From the IMG/VR virus record IMGVR_UViG_3300034061_003595, positions 1 to 35,340 of that record: a stretch of DNA of 35,340 nt. One strand, given 5' to 3'. This DNA is from a virus. Lineage: Duplodnaviria; Caudoviricetes. The translations under genes and the position numbers were made by a program. The notes beneath the pieces were generated by a model. It saw only the letters and a program-made list of their open reading frames with translations, did not search any database and had not been told where the DNA came from. Below are positions 24,535 to 35,340 of the stretch, in pieces. Each line of letters begins with the position of its first letter. The stretch's first letter is position 1.

Positions 24535-26259
24535 ATGGCTAAAAACTCAAAACCTCCTTATGTTGGCAAAGAAACAGATGAATGGCGACAATATCAAGCA
24601 GGTATAGACTATAACCACAAAGTAGATTTGTATCAAACTGTAAATAAGAACGAAAGATTTTATGCAGGTGACCAGTGGAACGGAGTTGTTTCTAACGGAC
24701 TTCCCACGCCTGTTTTTAACATATTAAAGAGAATTATTAATTACTTCGTTTCAGCAATCTTAAGCCAAAATGTAACTATACATTTCACACCAGAAGCAGT
24801 AAGCACAGATACACCGGAGCAAGAAGAAAAACTAAGAAAAGCAGCACAACTTCTAAGTGATTACTCCGCAACACTTTGGGAAAAAAACAAAATGAATTTC
24901 AAACTTCGACAATGGTTACTAGATGCAGCAGTAAGTGGAGATGCTTGCGGATATGTATTTTGGAACTCAAGCATTGATTCAGGACAAGCAGCAAAAGGTG
25001 ATATTGATGTAGACCAAATAGATAACGTAAATGTATTCTTTGGTGACCCAAACGAAAAAGACGTTCAGAAACAACGTTACATCATCATTGCAGCTCGAGA
25101 ACTTGTAGCTAATTTACAAGATGAAGCAAGAGCAAATGGCATTCCGGAAGATGAAGTTCTAAAAATTGGTGCAGATGAAGAAACTTTTTATCAATCAGGT
25201 GACCGCTCACAAATACAGTTAGACTATCGATTTGATGGCTTTGGAAAAACAACGTCTTTGATAAAATTATATCGTAAAGACGGAAAAATTTTTGCTAAAA
25301 AAATAACGAAGTTCACCACGATTAGAAACGAGTGGGACACAAAACTCACCCTTTACCCTGTAACTTGGATGAATTGGGACGTACGAAAGAACTCTTATCA
25401 TGGACAAGCTCTCGTAACAGGTATTATCCCAAATCAGATTTTTATAAATAAGATGTTTGCAATGGCAATGATGTCACTAATGCACACAGCTTTTCCTAAA
25501 GTCATTTACAACAAAAACATGATTACAGCATGGAACAACCAAATCGGTGCTGCAATCGGCATTGAAAGACTTGGAAATGAATCTGTAGGCAATGTAGCTC
25601 AATATCTAAATCCTGGCATGATGTCAGGACAAGTAATGCAAACCATCGACTTAGCTATTAATTACACAAAAGATATGCTAGGTGCAAACGATAACTTACT
25701 TGGTGACATTAATCCTGAACGTGCATCTGGTCGTTCTATCATCGCAGTACAACAGGCTTCAGCAGTTCCTTTGGAAAACATTAAACAAAATATGTATCAA
25801 TTTTTAGAAGATATGGGATATATTTGGTTAGACTTCATTTCTAACTATTATGGAACAAGAAAGATTGATGCTGAGATATTAGGAAAGAGAGAAATTGTTG
25901 AATTTAATTTTGATGAATTAAAAGATATGAAGTTTAGATTGAAGATTGAAGTCGGCGCATCATCTTATTGGTCTGAACTTGCTTCTATTGAAACATTAGA
26001 TAGATTATTGCAACAAGAAGCAATATCCTTCAAACAGTATCTCGAAAGAATTCCTGCTGGATTGATTGCACAAAAGCAATCTTTACTAGAGGAAATAAAA
26101 GTAAGAGATACAAGACAACAATTCATCTTTGAACAATTAGCTAGATTTTTAGAAACATTACCTCCTGAACAACAACAACAGATTCAACAGTTAGCCCCTG
26201 AACAACAAGAACAACAATTAATGGATATGATGATGCAACAAGGAGGTGGAATGCAATGA
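24535..26259 (+). CDS. Portal protein (P22/podovirus-like)
   Basis: 574 aa after terL. FYAGDQW...PVFNILKRII...ASGRSI motifs and Gln-rich C-terminus. Confidence 0.88.
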   Translation: MAKNSKPPYVGKETDEWRQYQAGIDYNHKVDLYQTVNKNERFYAGDQWNGVVSNGLPTPVFNILKRIINYFVSAILSQNVTIHFTPEAVSTDTPEQEEKLRKAAQLLSDYSATLWEKNKMNFKLRQWLLDAAVSGDACGYVFWNSSIDSGQAAKGDIDVDQIDNVNVFFGDPNEKDVQKQRYIIIAARELVANLQDEARANGIPEDEVLKIGADEETFYQSGDRSQIQLDYRFDGFGKTTSLIKLYRKDGKIFAKKITKFTTIRNEWDTKLTLYPVTWMNWDVRKNSYHGQALVTGIIPNQIFINKMFAMAMMSLMHTAFPKVIYNKNMITAWNNQIGAAIGIERLGNESVGNVAQYLNPGMMSGQVMQTIDLAINYTKDMLGANDNLLGDINPERASGRSIIAVQQASAVPLENIKQNMYQFLEDMGYIWLDFISNYYGTRKIDAEILGKREIVEFNFDELKDMKFRLKIEVGASSYWSELASIETLDRLLQQEAISFKQYLERIPAGLIAQKQSLLEEIKVRDTRQQFIFEQLARFLETLPPEQQQQIQQLAPEQQEQQLMDMMMQQGGGMQ

Positions 26260-26378
26260 AAGATATGAAAAATAAAGTCGGTATGATGATGGCAGTAATG
26301 ATGGGCAAAAAGCCTGCAAAAGCAAAAGCAGTAAAGAAAACAACAATGAAGTCGTATTCCAAAAAAGGCAAGATGTAA
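26256..26378 (+). CDS. 40-aa Lys/Met-rich peptide (not in ORF track)
   Basis: MKDMKNKVGMMMAVMMGKKPAKAKAVKKTTMKSYSKKGKM*. RBS AAGGAGGTG and ATGA coupling to portal. Confidence 0.7.
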   Translation: MKDMKNKVGMMMAVMMGKKPAKAKAVKKTTMKSYSKKGKM

Positions 26379-26495
26379 TACAATGTATTACTTGAGGAAG
26401 ACACCTCGTTAAAAAACAGAATAAACTTCCTTGGTAAAGTTTTTAAAGTTTAGAGCCAAGACCAAATTTTGCTCACCATGGCAAAGGAGATTATT

Positions 26496-27254
26496 ATGGA
26501 AACCATTTTAGATGACAACCAAATCATCGAAAGCAATACAGAAGTATCTGAAGAAACACAAGGTTCTAACGTTGAAAATACCGAGGATTTTCTCGAAATA
26601 AAATACAATAAAGAATCCTTGCGTTTAGACAGAGAAAAAGCAAGAGAATTAGCTCAAAAAGGCATGAACTATGAAAAAGCCGTAGAAAGAGCAAAGCAAG
26701 AAGCACGTGATGCTTACATTGCTGAACAAGGATATGAGTGGAACGGAAGAGCCATTACCACAGAATCTGAATATCGAGAGGCATTGCGTGAACAAGAACT
26801 TGTTCAACAATACCAAAACTACGATGTTCCAGAAGAAGTAATTCAAGAATTAGTTGAAAATAAAAAGTTTCGTGAGAAATACGAAACAGAACAACAGAAG
26901 GTAGAGAGAGAGAAAGCCCAAGAAAGAGATTTCCAAGTTTTCTTAGAATCTTATCCAGATGTAAAACCTGAAGAAATACCTGTTTCCGTATGGCAAGAGG
27001 TAGAATCAGGAAAATCTCTTATTGATGCTTATATGAAGCATGAAAATAAGATATTAAAAGATAAACTAGGATTAACCAATAAGCAAGAATCCATCCAACA
27101 ACGCAACCAAGAAAATGCTTCTGCATCTATTGGTGCTGTTAAATCAAATGGAGAATCTGCGCCATTCTTTACGAAAGAACAAGTAACAAGAATGAGCACA
27201 AAAGAAGTAAATGAAAATTGGAAGGCAATAAACGATTCTATGAAAAAATGGTGA
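26496..27254 (+). CDS. Head scaffolding protein
   Basis: Acidic coiled coil (ELAQKGMNYEK) between portal and capsid. ATG at 26496 after AAGGAG. Confidence 0.8.
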   Translation: METILDDNQIIESNTEVSEETQGSNVENTEDFLEIKYNKESLRLDREKARELAQKGMNYEKAVERAKQEARDAYIAEQGYEWNGRAITTESEYREALREQELVQQYQNYDVPEEVIQELVENKKFREKYETEQQKVEREKAQERDFQVFLESYPDVKPEEIPVSVWQEVESGKSLIDAYMKHENKILKDKLGLTNKQESIQQRNQENASASIGAVKSNGESAPFFTKEQVTRMSTKEVNENWKAINDSMKKW

Positions 27255-27268
27255 AGGAGAAATCATAA

Positions 27269-28105
27269 ATGTCAATTGCAAATTTTATTCCACAAATATG
27301 GTCTACAAAAATTCTTCGTACTTTAGAGGATAATTTAGTTGGTAAGCGTATTTGTACATTAGAAGCAGAAGGTGAAATCAAAAAATTTGGTGACACTGTA
27401 TTCTTTAATGGTCTTGCAGACCCTACAATCAATTCTTATACAGGTGCAAGTATTAATTATGAAGCGCTTGTCGATTCCCAAATTGCTTTACAAGTTAATC
27501 AACAAGATTATTTTGCTTTCAAAATCGGAGATATTGATAAAGCACAAGCAAATGTAGATTTAAAAGGTAGCCAAGCTGACCGAGCAGCTTATAAACTACA
27601 ACAATCTGCTGATAGTTATATTCTAGGACTACACGGACAAGCAAGTCTAACTTCTGCAGCTACAATTACTTCAGTTACAACATTTTCTGTAATTGGAGAA
27701 ATACAAAATTCACTTGCACAAAACAATGTATCGGATTCTGATATGTGGATGGTTATTCCTCCATGGGTACGTTTGAAGCTTGAACTTGCAGGTGTTAAAT
27801 TCCAAATTAACAATGGTGTAAATGGTACAGGTGGAATGGCTTGGACTGATGCTCTTGGTTTCGACATCTATGTAACTAACCAAGTAGTTAACACTGGAAC
27901 TGTACAAGCTCCTGTTTCCAAAGTAATGGCAGGTTCTTACAATTCAATTGCATTCGCTTCACAAATTATGGAAACAGAAAACATTCGTTTAATTGATACT
28001 TTTGATAACGCTGTTCGTGGATTACACGTATATGGAGCAAAAGTAATTCAACCAAATCTTCTTCACACTGCAACATTAACATATGCAGCTGAAACAGTTA
28101 TTTAA
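27269..28105 (+). CDS. Major capsid protein
   Basis: NFIPQIWS...EGEIKKFGDTV...VRGLHVYGAKV, a P22-coat-like family pattern. Confidence 0.92.
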   Translation: MSIANFIPQIWSTKILRTLEDNLVGKRICTLEAEGEIKKFGDTVFFNGLADPTINSYTGASINYEALVDSQIALQVNQQDYFAFKIGDIDKAQANVDLKGSQADRAAYKLQQSADSYILGLHGQASLTSAATITSVTTFSVIGEIQNSLAQNNVSDSDMWMVIPPWVRLKLELAGVKFQINNGVNGTGGMAWTDALGFDIYVTNQVVNTGTVQAPVSKVMAGSYNSIAFASQIMETENIRLIDTFDNAVRGLHVYGAKVIQPNLLHTATLTYAAETVI

Positions 28106-28126
28106 TAATTAAGGAGGAAAAATAAA

Positions 28127-28735
28127 ATGGCGCAAGCAATTAATGCAACAAATACAAATATTTCAACAATTTCTTCATATGATTCCGATATAGCTGTTTC
28201 ATTAGTAGCATCAACTATTGACACAGCAGATACTGTGGATGTCTATACAATTACACCCACACAAAGAAATTCTCAAACTGTAGTTTTAATTCAAAATACA
28301 ACAGGCGTTCTTCAATGGGTAGTTTCCCCTGGTGGAGCTTGGTCTGCACAAGGTAAAACAAAAGCATCAAGTACAGATTCTTCAATTTCAGGAACTACAT
28401 TAACAGTTGCAGGAACAATAACTGGAACTTTCCAAGTCGGTCAGTACATTATCGGTGCAGGAGTAACTGCGGGAACTCGCATTACAGCATTAGGAACTGG
28501 TACAGGCGGAGCAGGAACTTATATTGTAAGTGCTTCACAAACTGTTACAAGTAAAGCTATTTATGCAGGAAGTCTTTCTGGAACAACTGCAGCAACTACT
28601 ACAGATGCTATTGTTTTAGATACCTCAAAATATTTGAGTTCAACAGGAACATTAGAAATTACTTTTGCTCCTGCTTCTGGAACAAAATTACAATCAAGCC
28701 ACGTTTTAAAAGTCGCTTTCGTTCAATTGCCATAA
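28127..28735 (+). CDS. Putative capsid decoration protein carrying an inserted Gly/Thr module
   Basis: Directly after the capsid gene and before the terminator. Beta-rich. Confidence 0.6.
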   Translation: MAQAINATNTNISTISSYDSDIAVSLVASTIDTADTVDVYTITPTQRNSQTVVLIQNTTGVLQWVVSPGGAWSAQGKTKASSTDSSISGTTLTVAGTITGTFQVGQYIIGAGVTAGTRITALGTGTGGAGTYIVSASQTVTSKAIYAGSLSGTTAATTTDAIVLDTSKYLSSTGTLEITFAPASGTKLQSSHVLKVAFVQLP

Positions 28736-28741
28736 TATAGT

Positions 28742-28766
28742 GGGGGCTTAATTGCCCCCTTATTTT
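28742..28766 (+). terminator. Intrinsic terminator after capsid/decoration genes
   Basis: GGGGGC-TTAATT-GCCCCC-TTATTTT. Confidence 0.8.
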
Positions 28767-28778
28767 AAAGAGGTATAA

Positions 28779-29018
28779 ATGAAATATAAAGGTGAACCGA
28801 ACTTACTAGTTAAATTTAAACCTCCTATAGGAACAATAAAACACATTAAATTTGACAATGACGGGTACTTTTTAACCGATAACGAATATATCATCAGAAG
28901 AATGAAAAATCATTTTGATTCTGAAGATTCTTTCCACATGTGCAAATATTGTGAGGAAACTTTTGAAAAAAAAGGTGATTTATTAGTTCATTACCGAAAA
29001 CACAAGGAGGATAAATAA
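28779..29018 (+). CDS. Small protein with C-terminal classical C2H2 zinc finger
   Basis: CKYCEETFEKKGDLLVHYRKH matches C-x2-C-x3-F-x5-L-x2-H-x3-H. Confidence 0.8.
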   Translation: MKYKGEPNLLVKFKPPIGTIKHIKFDNDGYFLTDNEYIIRRMKNHFDSEDSFHMCKYCEETFEKKGDLLVHYRKHKEDK

Positions 29019-29386
29019 TGCCAACTTATATCCAAACAACAAGAGAAATTAAAAATTCTTTTACAACAACAACAACAACTATTGCTAATGGAGCTTCATT
29101 ATCTGGTATTGTTGATTTAGGAAGTAATGATTTAATTGGAATCATTTTCCCATCAGCATGGACAACAGCTTCAATTACTTTTCAATTTTCTATTGATGGA
29201 ACTAATTTTTATGACGCATATAGTGCAACAGCAGAACTTTCATCAACATCTGCATCCGCAAATAGAATGGTAAGTATTAATGCAGTAAACTACGATATGG
29301 GAAGATACATCAAAATCCGAAGTGGAACATCTGCAACCCCTGTAAACCAAGCAGCAGATAGAATTTTAACTCTAATCTTAGGATAA
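29018..29386 (+). CDS. Putative virion structural protein
   Basis: 122 aa, beta-rich (ITFQFSIDGTNFYD, RYIKIRSG). Confidence 0.6.
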   Translation: MPTYIQTTREIKNSFTTTTTTIANGASLSGIVDLGSNDLIGIIFPSAWTTASITFQFSIDGTNFYDAYSATAELSSTSASANRMVSINAVNYDMGRYIKIRSGTSATPVNQAADRILTLILG

Positions 29387-29398
29387 TTAGGTGATTAC

Positions 29399-30595
29399 AT
29401 GTCTACGACAGTAAACCAAGTTTTTAACATTACGATGGACTTGATGGATGAACGTACAGACGCAGGTACTCTTACAGAGTCTGATGTTGTTTCGTATCGT
29501 GTCAAGACATATAACATATTAAATCTATTACAAGCTGAACTTTTAAAACAAGGTGATGTTTTTTCAGAATTTTCAATTTCAAACAAACCTTTTAAAAATG
29601 AATTAGGATATGATTCTAATTTCAATGTAGAAGAATTTATTGGAACTGACAAAAGTTTTGAAGCTAACTCTATTGCGAAAGCATACTACTTTGAAGCAGA
29701 TAATGAGGGAACTGTTTATATCGAGGACTATACAGGCTCTTGGAATATATTAGACACAATAACTACAACAAATACAACTTCAAAAGCATCTAGTACAGAT
29801 TCTTCAATTTTAGGAACAACTTTGACTGTATCAGGTACAACAAAAGGAATATTTCAAATTGGTCAATATATAGTAGGTTTAGGTATAACTCCTGGAACTA
29901 GAATTACTGCATTAGGAACAGGAACTGGTAGTTCCGGAACCTATACTGTTAATATTTCTCAAACAGTTTCAAATGTATCCATTACTTCGGGAACTTTAAG
30001 TGGAACGACTGGTGGATTTTTAGTATATAAAGGTATAGTTACACCAACTACAGGAGCGACTAAATCTCGAATTAGGTTTAGCGGGACAAATTATTATAGA
30101 AATGTAAATCGCGCGTTGTTCAATATACCTTTTGCTTCATTTTTAGATGTGCCTGATTATAGACCTTGGGTAGAAAAAACTATGCCTTCTGATTTTAAGA
30201 GTGTAGACCAAATTGTATCTGAATATGTTGACCTTGCAAACAATACAAATGGTCAATATGCAAAAGATGCTAACTACAAATGGGAAGGTAGAAACAAACT
30301 ATACATCAGCTATTATTTTGATGGTAATATCAGGATAATTTATCACCCAATTCCTACATTATTAACTTTTTCTGGAACTGGAAACTCAAACACAGATTTG
30401 AATCAAACATTAACTTTAGACGATATAACCGCAAGAACTATACTCCCGTATGGTTTAGCAGCACATTTATTATTAACAGAAAATTCTGCATCTGCATCTT
30501 TCTTCAATCAACGATACGAGGAATTAAAATTTGAAGGTACTCGTCAACAAGCAGCAAGTGCCGAGCAAATTATTAATATTTACGGAGGGATTTAG
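29399..30595 (+). CDS. Putative head-tail adaptor with insertions
   Basis: Helical N-terminus ([11 protein letters not shown]) and C-terminus ([10 protein letters not shown]...FFNQRYEE) as in adaptor proteins. Beta-rich inserts lie between them. Confidence 0.65.
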   Translation: MSTTVNQVFNITMDLMDERTDAGTLTESDVVSYRVKTYNILNLLQAELLKQGDVFSEFSISNKPFKNELGYDSNFNVEEFIGTDKSFEANSIAKAYYFEADNEGTVYIEDYTGSWNILDTITTTNTTSKASSTDSSILGTTLTVSGTTKGIFQIGQYIVGLGITPGTRITALGTGTGSSGTYTVNISQTVSNVSITSGTLSGTTGGFLVYKGIVTPTTGATKSRIRFSGTNYYRNVNRALFNIPFASFLDVPDYRPWVEKTMPSDFKSVDQIVSEYVDLANNTNGQYAKDANYKWEGRNKLYISYYFDGNIRIIYHPIPTLLTFSGTGNSNTDLNQTLTLDDITARTILPYGLAAHLLLTENSASASFFNQRYEELKFEGTRQQAASAEQIINIYGGI

Positions 30596-33500
30596 ATGGC
30601 ACAAATACAAGTCCAAAAACCACAAACCCCTACCACTATTAATAAATTCCTTGGTTTAAATGAGGACACAACAGGTGATACACAGTTATTGTTAGGTGAA
30701 AGTCCTGATATGACTAATTTCCGTATTACCGAAAACTATAAATTACGCAAAAGAGAAGGTTATCAACAACTCTTTAGTTCTTATGGTGCTTACACAATAA
30801 GAGGTATGTTCTATGGAAATGTCAATGGAACAAACTATCTCTTATTTGCTATGAACGGAAAGATATGGGTAGAAGAAGAAATAAGCGGAACAGATTACGC
30901 TTCATTAGATACAAGCACATATACAAATGTAGATGTAGTTAAAACTACTGCATCTTCCATATCACCAATTAGGGCAGGAACAACTGCAGTAGATGCATAT
31001 AATATGTATGTTGATTCTTCAAAACAAAGTTTGACAGAAGTTTCACAAGCTAATATTGATGTTGTTAATGCAACTTCTACATCTTCCACAATTTCAGGTA
31101 CTACATTAACAATAGGTGGAAGTATTACAGGGACTTTTTCTGTTGGTCAATATATAATTGGTACTGGAATAACTGCAGGTACTAAAATTACTGCACTAGG
31201 AACAGGGACTGGCGGAGCAGGAACTTATATAATAAATAATTCACAAACAATTTCTCCTGCTGTGTCTATAAAAGGAATTGAAATTGAATATTATTACCAC
31301 ACAGATAAAACAATTTGGATTATATTGCCTAAAGGCATTTACGCAAATATAGCAGCAGCAAGAACGGGATTAGGAACAAGTTATGCCTATCAACAACTTT
31401 ATAATGCATCTGTAACTCCTGTTGATTCTACAACAAATTTCTTTACATTCGATGATATTGAATATACTTATGGTGACGTAATAGTTTCACTACGTAAAAC
31501 CCGTTTATATATTATGGATGGAACTGGGTATTATTATTGGGACGGAACAAATTTCGACTCTGTAACAGGATACGTTCCGCAAGTTTCCATTTCAAGCCTC
31601 TATGATGGTACAGAAGCAGCTGACTTTGAACCATTAAACCTTTTGACCAATGAGAGGTATCAATCTCTTACTGGTGCAACTGACTATTCAATTAGCGGTT
31701 CTCAATTCGATACTTTAGATAAAACTACATTTTCAAACGTACATGTAGTTAAAACAACACCTGTCGCTACTATAGTTCCAGGTAGTTCAGCTACATTCAC
31801 AGCTAGTATTTCAGGGACAACAATGACAGTCACTGCAACGACTTTGAGTGGGATTGACATTGGTCACGTCATTTCGGGAACAGGTGTAACGGCAGGTACT
31901 TATGTAATTGCATTTGGAACGGGTTCTGGAGGAAATGGTACTTATACAGTTTCAACTTCACAGACAGTTGCTTCTACAACAATAAGTTCTTATTCTCCAA
32001 TCATGGTAGTTAAAGATAAAAACGGATTAACTTTAACTCAATATTCTTACAACAACATAGATTTAGCTGGTAGCGTTGGTGGATATTATGTTCACACCAA
32101 TAAATCTATTTGGTTAATTGTGAGTAAAACTGCATATTCAAATATAACTGATGCTAGAGAAGATTTAGGAACATATATATGGTGTCCTTTGGTATATCAA
32201 TTAATTGAAACAAACATGAAATCAATAGATTATGTATATTTATTCAATTCAACTTTAAATGTATTTCAAAAAGAAACTTTAAATACAGATTATTTACAAT
32301 ATCTATCTAGTGGTAGAATTCTTTTTAGAACTCAACCTGTGGCAAATCCAAATACAATTAAAGTATACTATACTAAAGGATGGCAAACAGACTTAAGTAC
32401 AACTTCAGGAATACTTACTTATAACGTCAATTTCAATGGAATTAACATAACAAATTTAGATAGTATAGATTATGTGTATTTGAATGGAACTTTAAAAATT
32501 CTTACAACAGATTACACAGTAAACTTAGCAAATGGAACAATTACTTTTGTAGCAAATCCAGGTACAGGAACAGCAAACTTAGTTATAATAGCTTCTAAAG
32601 AATCTTTAAATAAAACAGAAATCACAGACAGAAAATACAACATGAGATTCGGTGGAGGAAATGACTTCCGAATATTTTTATATGGTAAAACTTCAGGAAG
32701 TGGAACAAATCGTTATTATTATTCAAACTTAGCAGCAGGACTTCCGTCAGCGTCATATTTCCCTGCAACTTTCTTTAATGAAATCGGAACTCCCGAAAAT
32801 GTAATCACAGGAATAACAAGACAATATGATAGACAAATCATCTATACAGATATCAGTGGAGCATACTTTTCTTATTACGAAACAACTACATTAGATGGTA
32901 TAACTTATCCAAGCTTCCCTGTATTTACCTTAAATAAAGTAATTGGAAATGTAGCAATGGGACAAGTGCAAGTTGTTCAAAACAATCCATTTTCTATATT
33001 CAAAGGTATTCAAGAATGGGTATCTACTGCAATACAAGATGAAAGAAATGCGAAATACATTTCTAAACGAATTCAAGTTTCGCTTGATGCATTAGACCTT
33101 GATTCTGTAACGACAATAGATTGGGAAAAGAACTATGAATATTGGGTATGTTCTGGAAACAAAGCATATGTATACAACTACAGATTAGATGTTTGGTATA
33201 TATTCCAATTTGCAAATAATGTTAAACCACTTTTAGTTGCAGATGATGTTTTGTACTTTGGAACAGATAATGGTCAAATTATGAAGTTTTCTTCATCGGA
33301 TTTAGATGATAATGGAACTGTAATTGATGCACATTGGGAAACAGGATTCTATGATTTTAACGAAGAATGGCTTCAGAAGTACATTTATCAAATGTGGATT
33401 TCTTTAAAACCAGAAGGTAAATCTTCAGTAGATATAACTTATGAAACAAACTATAAAGAATCTGCCCAAACTTATACAGCTTCATACGATTTAATTACTT

Positions 33501-33685
33501 TTATTGGAATGGATTTTTCAAGTTTTTCATTCTCAACAAGTTATAATCCGCAACCTTTTAGATTTAAAATAAAAGCTAAAAAGTTTGTTTACTTCAAATT
33601 GTATTTAGACAATGACAATTTAGGAGAAACTTTAACAATAATTTCAATTAATCTTGCTTCCTCATACGGAAGCATAACGAGGTGA
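30596..33685 (+). CDS. Putative tail nozzle / head-stabilisation protein with duplicated and inserted domains
   Basis: FLGLN...ESPDMTNF...LRKREGY N-terminus, propeller-like body and [13 protein letters not shown]-terminus. Lies before the fibre. Confidence 0.7.
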   Translation: MAQIQVQKPQTPTTINKFLGLNEDTTGDTQLLLGESPDMTNFRITENYKLRKREGYQQLFSSYGAYTIRGMFYGNVNGTNYLLFAMNGKIWVEEEISGTDYASLDTSTYTNVDVVKTTASSISPIRAGTTAVDAYNMYVDSSKQSLTEVSQANIDVVNATSTSSTISGTTLTIGGSITGTFSVGQYIIGTGITAGTKITALGTGTGGAGTYIINNSQTISPAVSIKGIEIEYYYHTDKTIWIILPKGIYANIAAARTGLGTSYAYQQLYNASVTPVDSTTNFFTFDDIEYTYGDVIVSLRKTRLYIMDGTGYYYWDGTNFDSVTGYVPQVSISSLYDGTEAADFEPLNLLTNERYQSLTGATDYSISGSQFDTLDKTTFSNVHVVKTTPVATIVPGSSATFTASISGTTMTVTATTLSGIDIGHVISGTGVTAGTYVIAFGTGSGGNGTYTVSTSQTVASTTISSYSPIMVVKDKNGLTLTQYSYNNIDLAGSVGGYYVHTNKSIWLIVSKTAYSNITDAREDLGTYIWCPLVYQLIETNMKSIDYVYLFNSTLNVFQKETLNTDYLQYLSSGRILFRTQPVANPNTIKVYYTKGWQTDLSTTSGILTYNVNFNGINITNLDSIDYVYLNGTLKILTTDYTVNLANGTITFVANPGTGTANLVIIASKESLNKTEITDRKYNMRFGGGNDFRIFLYGKTSGSGTNRYYYSNLAAGLPSASYFPATFFNEIGTPENVITGITRQYDRQIIYTDISGAYFSYYETTTLDGITYPSFPVFTLNKVIGNVAMGQVQVVQNNPFSIFKGIQEWVSTAIQDERNAKYISKRIQVSLDALDLDSVTTIDWEKNYEYWVCSGNKAYVYNYRLDVWYIFQFANNVKPLLVADDVLYFGTDNGQIMKFSSSDLDDNGTVIDAHWETGFYDFNEEWLQKYIYQMWISLKPEGKSSVDITYETNYKESAQTYTASYDLITFIGMDFSSFSFSTSYNPQPFRFKIKAKKFVYFKLYLDNDNLGETLTIISINLASSYGSITR

Positions 33686-33689
33686 CAAT

Positions 33690-35340
33690 ATGGCATTTAC
33701 AAGTTGTACAGTTACAGTTAATAACATAGCAAGTTTGTCGGATTTGCCAAACACAACAGATGGTCTTACTTCTGCTCAACTCAAACAGAAGTTTGACCAA
33801 ACAGGTACAGATTTAAAGACCTATTTAAACAGTACACTTTTAGCGGAACTTGCTTCAACTACAACAAGTTCAAGTGCATCTGAAAATATTGGCGGTCGAC
33901 TTATTTCTGCCAAATCTGTAATTGCAGGTATTTCAGCAGGTTCTCTTTATTCTCAGTTAAATTCACTACACACACAACTAAACAGTTTTGTTGCAGGAAC
34001 TGGATTCATCCCAACAACAGGAGGTACATTCACAGGTTCTGTTGAATTCCCTCTTGGAACAAGTTCTGTTGTTTCCATCAACGCAGGGGATGTTGATTCC
34101 GGTATTTATTTCCCCGCTGCATCTACACAAGCGTTAGTAAATAATGGAACGGAATCCTTACGAACAACAAGTACAGGTAAAGTGTTGTTCGGAGGAACTA
34201 CTGCATTTCAAACTAGACTCGGAACATCAACAGTAAGTCCTGATGTTCAAATTCAAAAATTAGATGACAAGGGTTCATTATTAATATCAAGATTTTCTGC
34301 AGATACTGAATCACCAAGATTATTTTTTGCAAAAAGTAGAAACGCAACCGAAGGTGGACAAGGCATTGTTTTATCTGGTGACAATTCAGGTGATATCAGT
34401 TTTGGTAGCTCAGATGGAACAAGAATCGCAGAAGCAGCTAGAATAAAAGTAGAAATTGATGGAACACCATTAGCTCCGGCTTCTCCAGGTGCTGCAAGTA
34501 GTATGCCTGGAAGAATAGTTTTTATGACTACTCCAGATACTTTTGATGTCCCGACTGAAAAAATGAGAATTTCTGAAAATGGAGCAATTCGTTTTAACAC
34601 CTATACAACCGCTGGTTTTTTAAAGAATGATGTTTCAGGTAATATAACAACAAATACTTCAGAAACAGGAACAGGTAATTTAGTATTAGCTACTTCCCCA
34701 AGTATTTCTAATCCAACTTTAACTGGTCAAGTTTCATTAGACACAGCAGGCACTGCGTCTGCGCCAGCACTAACATTTTCAACTGATTTAGATACAGGTG
34801 TATTTAGAGCAGCTGCTAATCAATTAGCATTTTCTACTGCTGCAACTGAAGCGTTGAGAATAAATACTGTACAACGTGTATTAATCAATAACACAGCACA
34901 ATTCACAACATATCGTGGTGCAACTTCAGCAATTCCACAATTTCAAGTTGCGGGAACTTCAAAAGATACAAGTAGTATACTTAGTTCTATATTTTCAGCA
35001 GATGCAATTGGTTCAAGGATTTTCTTTGCAAAATCAAGAAATGCAACAATAGGTTCTTTTACCATTGTTAATAACGGAGATTCTTTAGGAGAAATTTCGT
35101 TTGGTGGTTCTCATGATTCACAAATATACGAAGCAGCAAGAATAGTTTCAGAAGCCGATGGAGTTCCTTCTAATGGAACAAGTATGCCAGGAAGAATTTC
35201 TTTTTCAACAACAGCAAGTGGTGCCACAACTGTAACAGAAAGAATGAGAATCGATAGTGCAGGTGCAGTTAGTATAACAGCTGCAACAACAGCTTCGGCT
35301 GCTAACGTATTTATTGTCGGAACAACCTCAGGAACAGTTA
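33690..35340 (+). CDS. Tail fibre/spike (654 aa when joined to 1..314)
   Basis: ATG at 33690: MAFTSCTVTVNNIASLSDLPNTTDGLTSAQLKQKFD... The frame stays open to the window end and has an internal duplication. Missing from the ORF track because it wraps the junction. Confidence 0.88.
   Translation, partial: MAFTSCTVTVNNIASLSDLPNTTDGLTSAQLKQKFDQTGTDLKTYLNSTLLAELASTTTSSSASENIGGRLISAKSVIAGISAGSLYSQLNSLHTQLNSFVAGTGFIPTTGGTFTGSVEFPLGTSSVVSINAGDVDSGIYFPAASTQALVNNGTESLRTTSTGKVLFGGTTAFQTRLGTSTVSPDVQIQKLDDKGSLLISRFSADTESPRLFFAKSRNATEGGQGIVLSGDNSGDISFGSSDGTRIAEAARIKVEIDGTPLAPASPGAASSMPGRIVFMTTPDTFDVPTEKMRISENGAIRFNTYTTAGFLKNDVSGNITTNTSETGTGNLVLATSPSISNPTLTGQVSLDTAGTASAPALTFSTDLDTGVFRAAANQLAFSTAATEALRINTVQRVLINNTAQFTTYRGATSAIPQFQVAGTSKDTSSILSSIFSADAIGSRIFFAKSRNATIGSFTIVNNGDSLGEISFGGSHDSQIYEAARIVSEADGVPSNGTSMPGRISFSTTASGATTVTERMRIDSAGAVSITAATTASAANVFIVGTTSGTV

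Larger units (their letters stand above)
1..35340. mobile_element. Complete circularly permuted podovirus-like phage genome, probable Bacillota/Bacillales host
   Basis: Full set of packaging, head, short-tail, lysis and replication genes. The fibre ORF is continuous across the 35340/1 junction. No host housekeeping genes seen. Confidence 0.92.

Noticed and set aside
28359-31990. Repeated module as an intein or a DGR template/variable repeat
   Set aside because: No Cys/Ser...His-Asn splicing motifs, no reverse transcriptase gene, and differences are not adenine-specific.
1-35340. Integrase, tRNA genes, tape measure protein, alternative genetic code
   Set aside because: None recognised. Standard-code ORFs tile the genome densely.

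Overview
This window appears to be a complete, circularly permuted 35,340-bp tailed dsDNA phage genome. The tail-fibre ORF starting at 33690 reads in frame across the end/start junction (...GTTSGTV-K-RSTSSRRYK...) into a peptidase-S74 chaperone domain ending at 314. Strong AGGAGG-type RBSs, sigma-A promoters, the XhlA/M23/holin lysis genes, a YozD-like gene and GAAC-N4-GTTC boxes point to a Bacillota (probably Bacillales) host. The layout is podovirus-like, with no tape measure or tail tube. The + strand late operon runs TerL, portal, scaffold, major capsid, decoration, adaptor, nozzle, fibre, two ejection proteins, lysis cassette, a displaced TerS and a cluster of Lys-rich mini-proteins. The - strand replication/recombination operon carries a Cro-like HTH, SSAP, SSB, HNH, initiator, DnaC-like loader, RusA, MazG-like protein, 3D-domain protein and a C5 methyltransferase. 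There is also a small + strand operon (DUF3310, phosphoesterase) and a - strand early region of small acidic ORFs plus a gp88-like gene. I found no integrase, partition system or CI-type repressor. The most striking observations are: (1) seven Gram-positive LexA (SOS) boxes, four in a regular array, around the early region of this integrase-less phage; (2) one ~60-70 aa Gly/Thr-rich module inserted four times into three different virion proteins, at non-equivalent positions; (3) a nested alternative-frame ORF with a clamp-binding-like motif inside the methyltransferase; (4) a putative ~60-nt anti-RBS sRNA; (5) GATC depletion everywhere except one early module. All family assignments come from motif recognition by eye, with no database searches.
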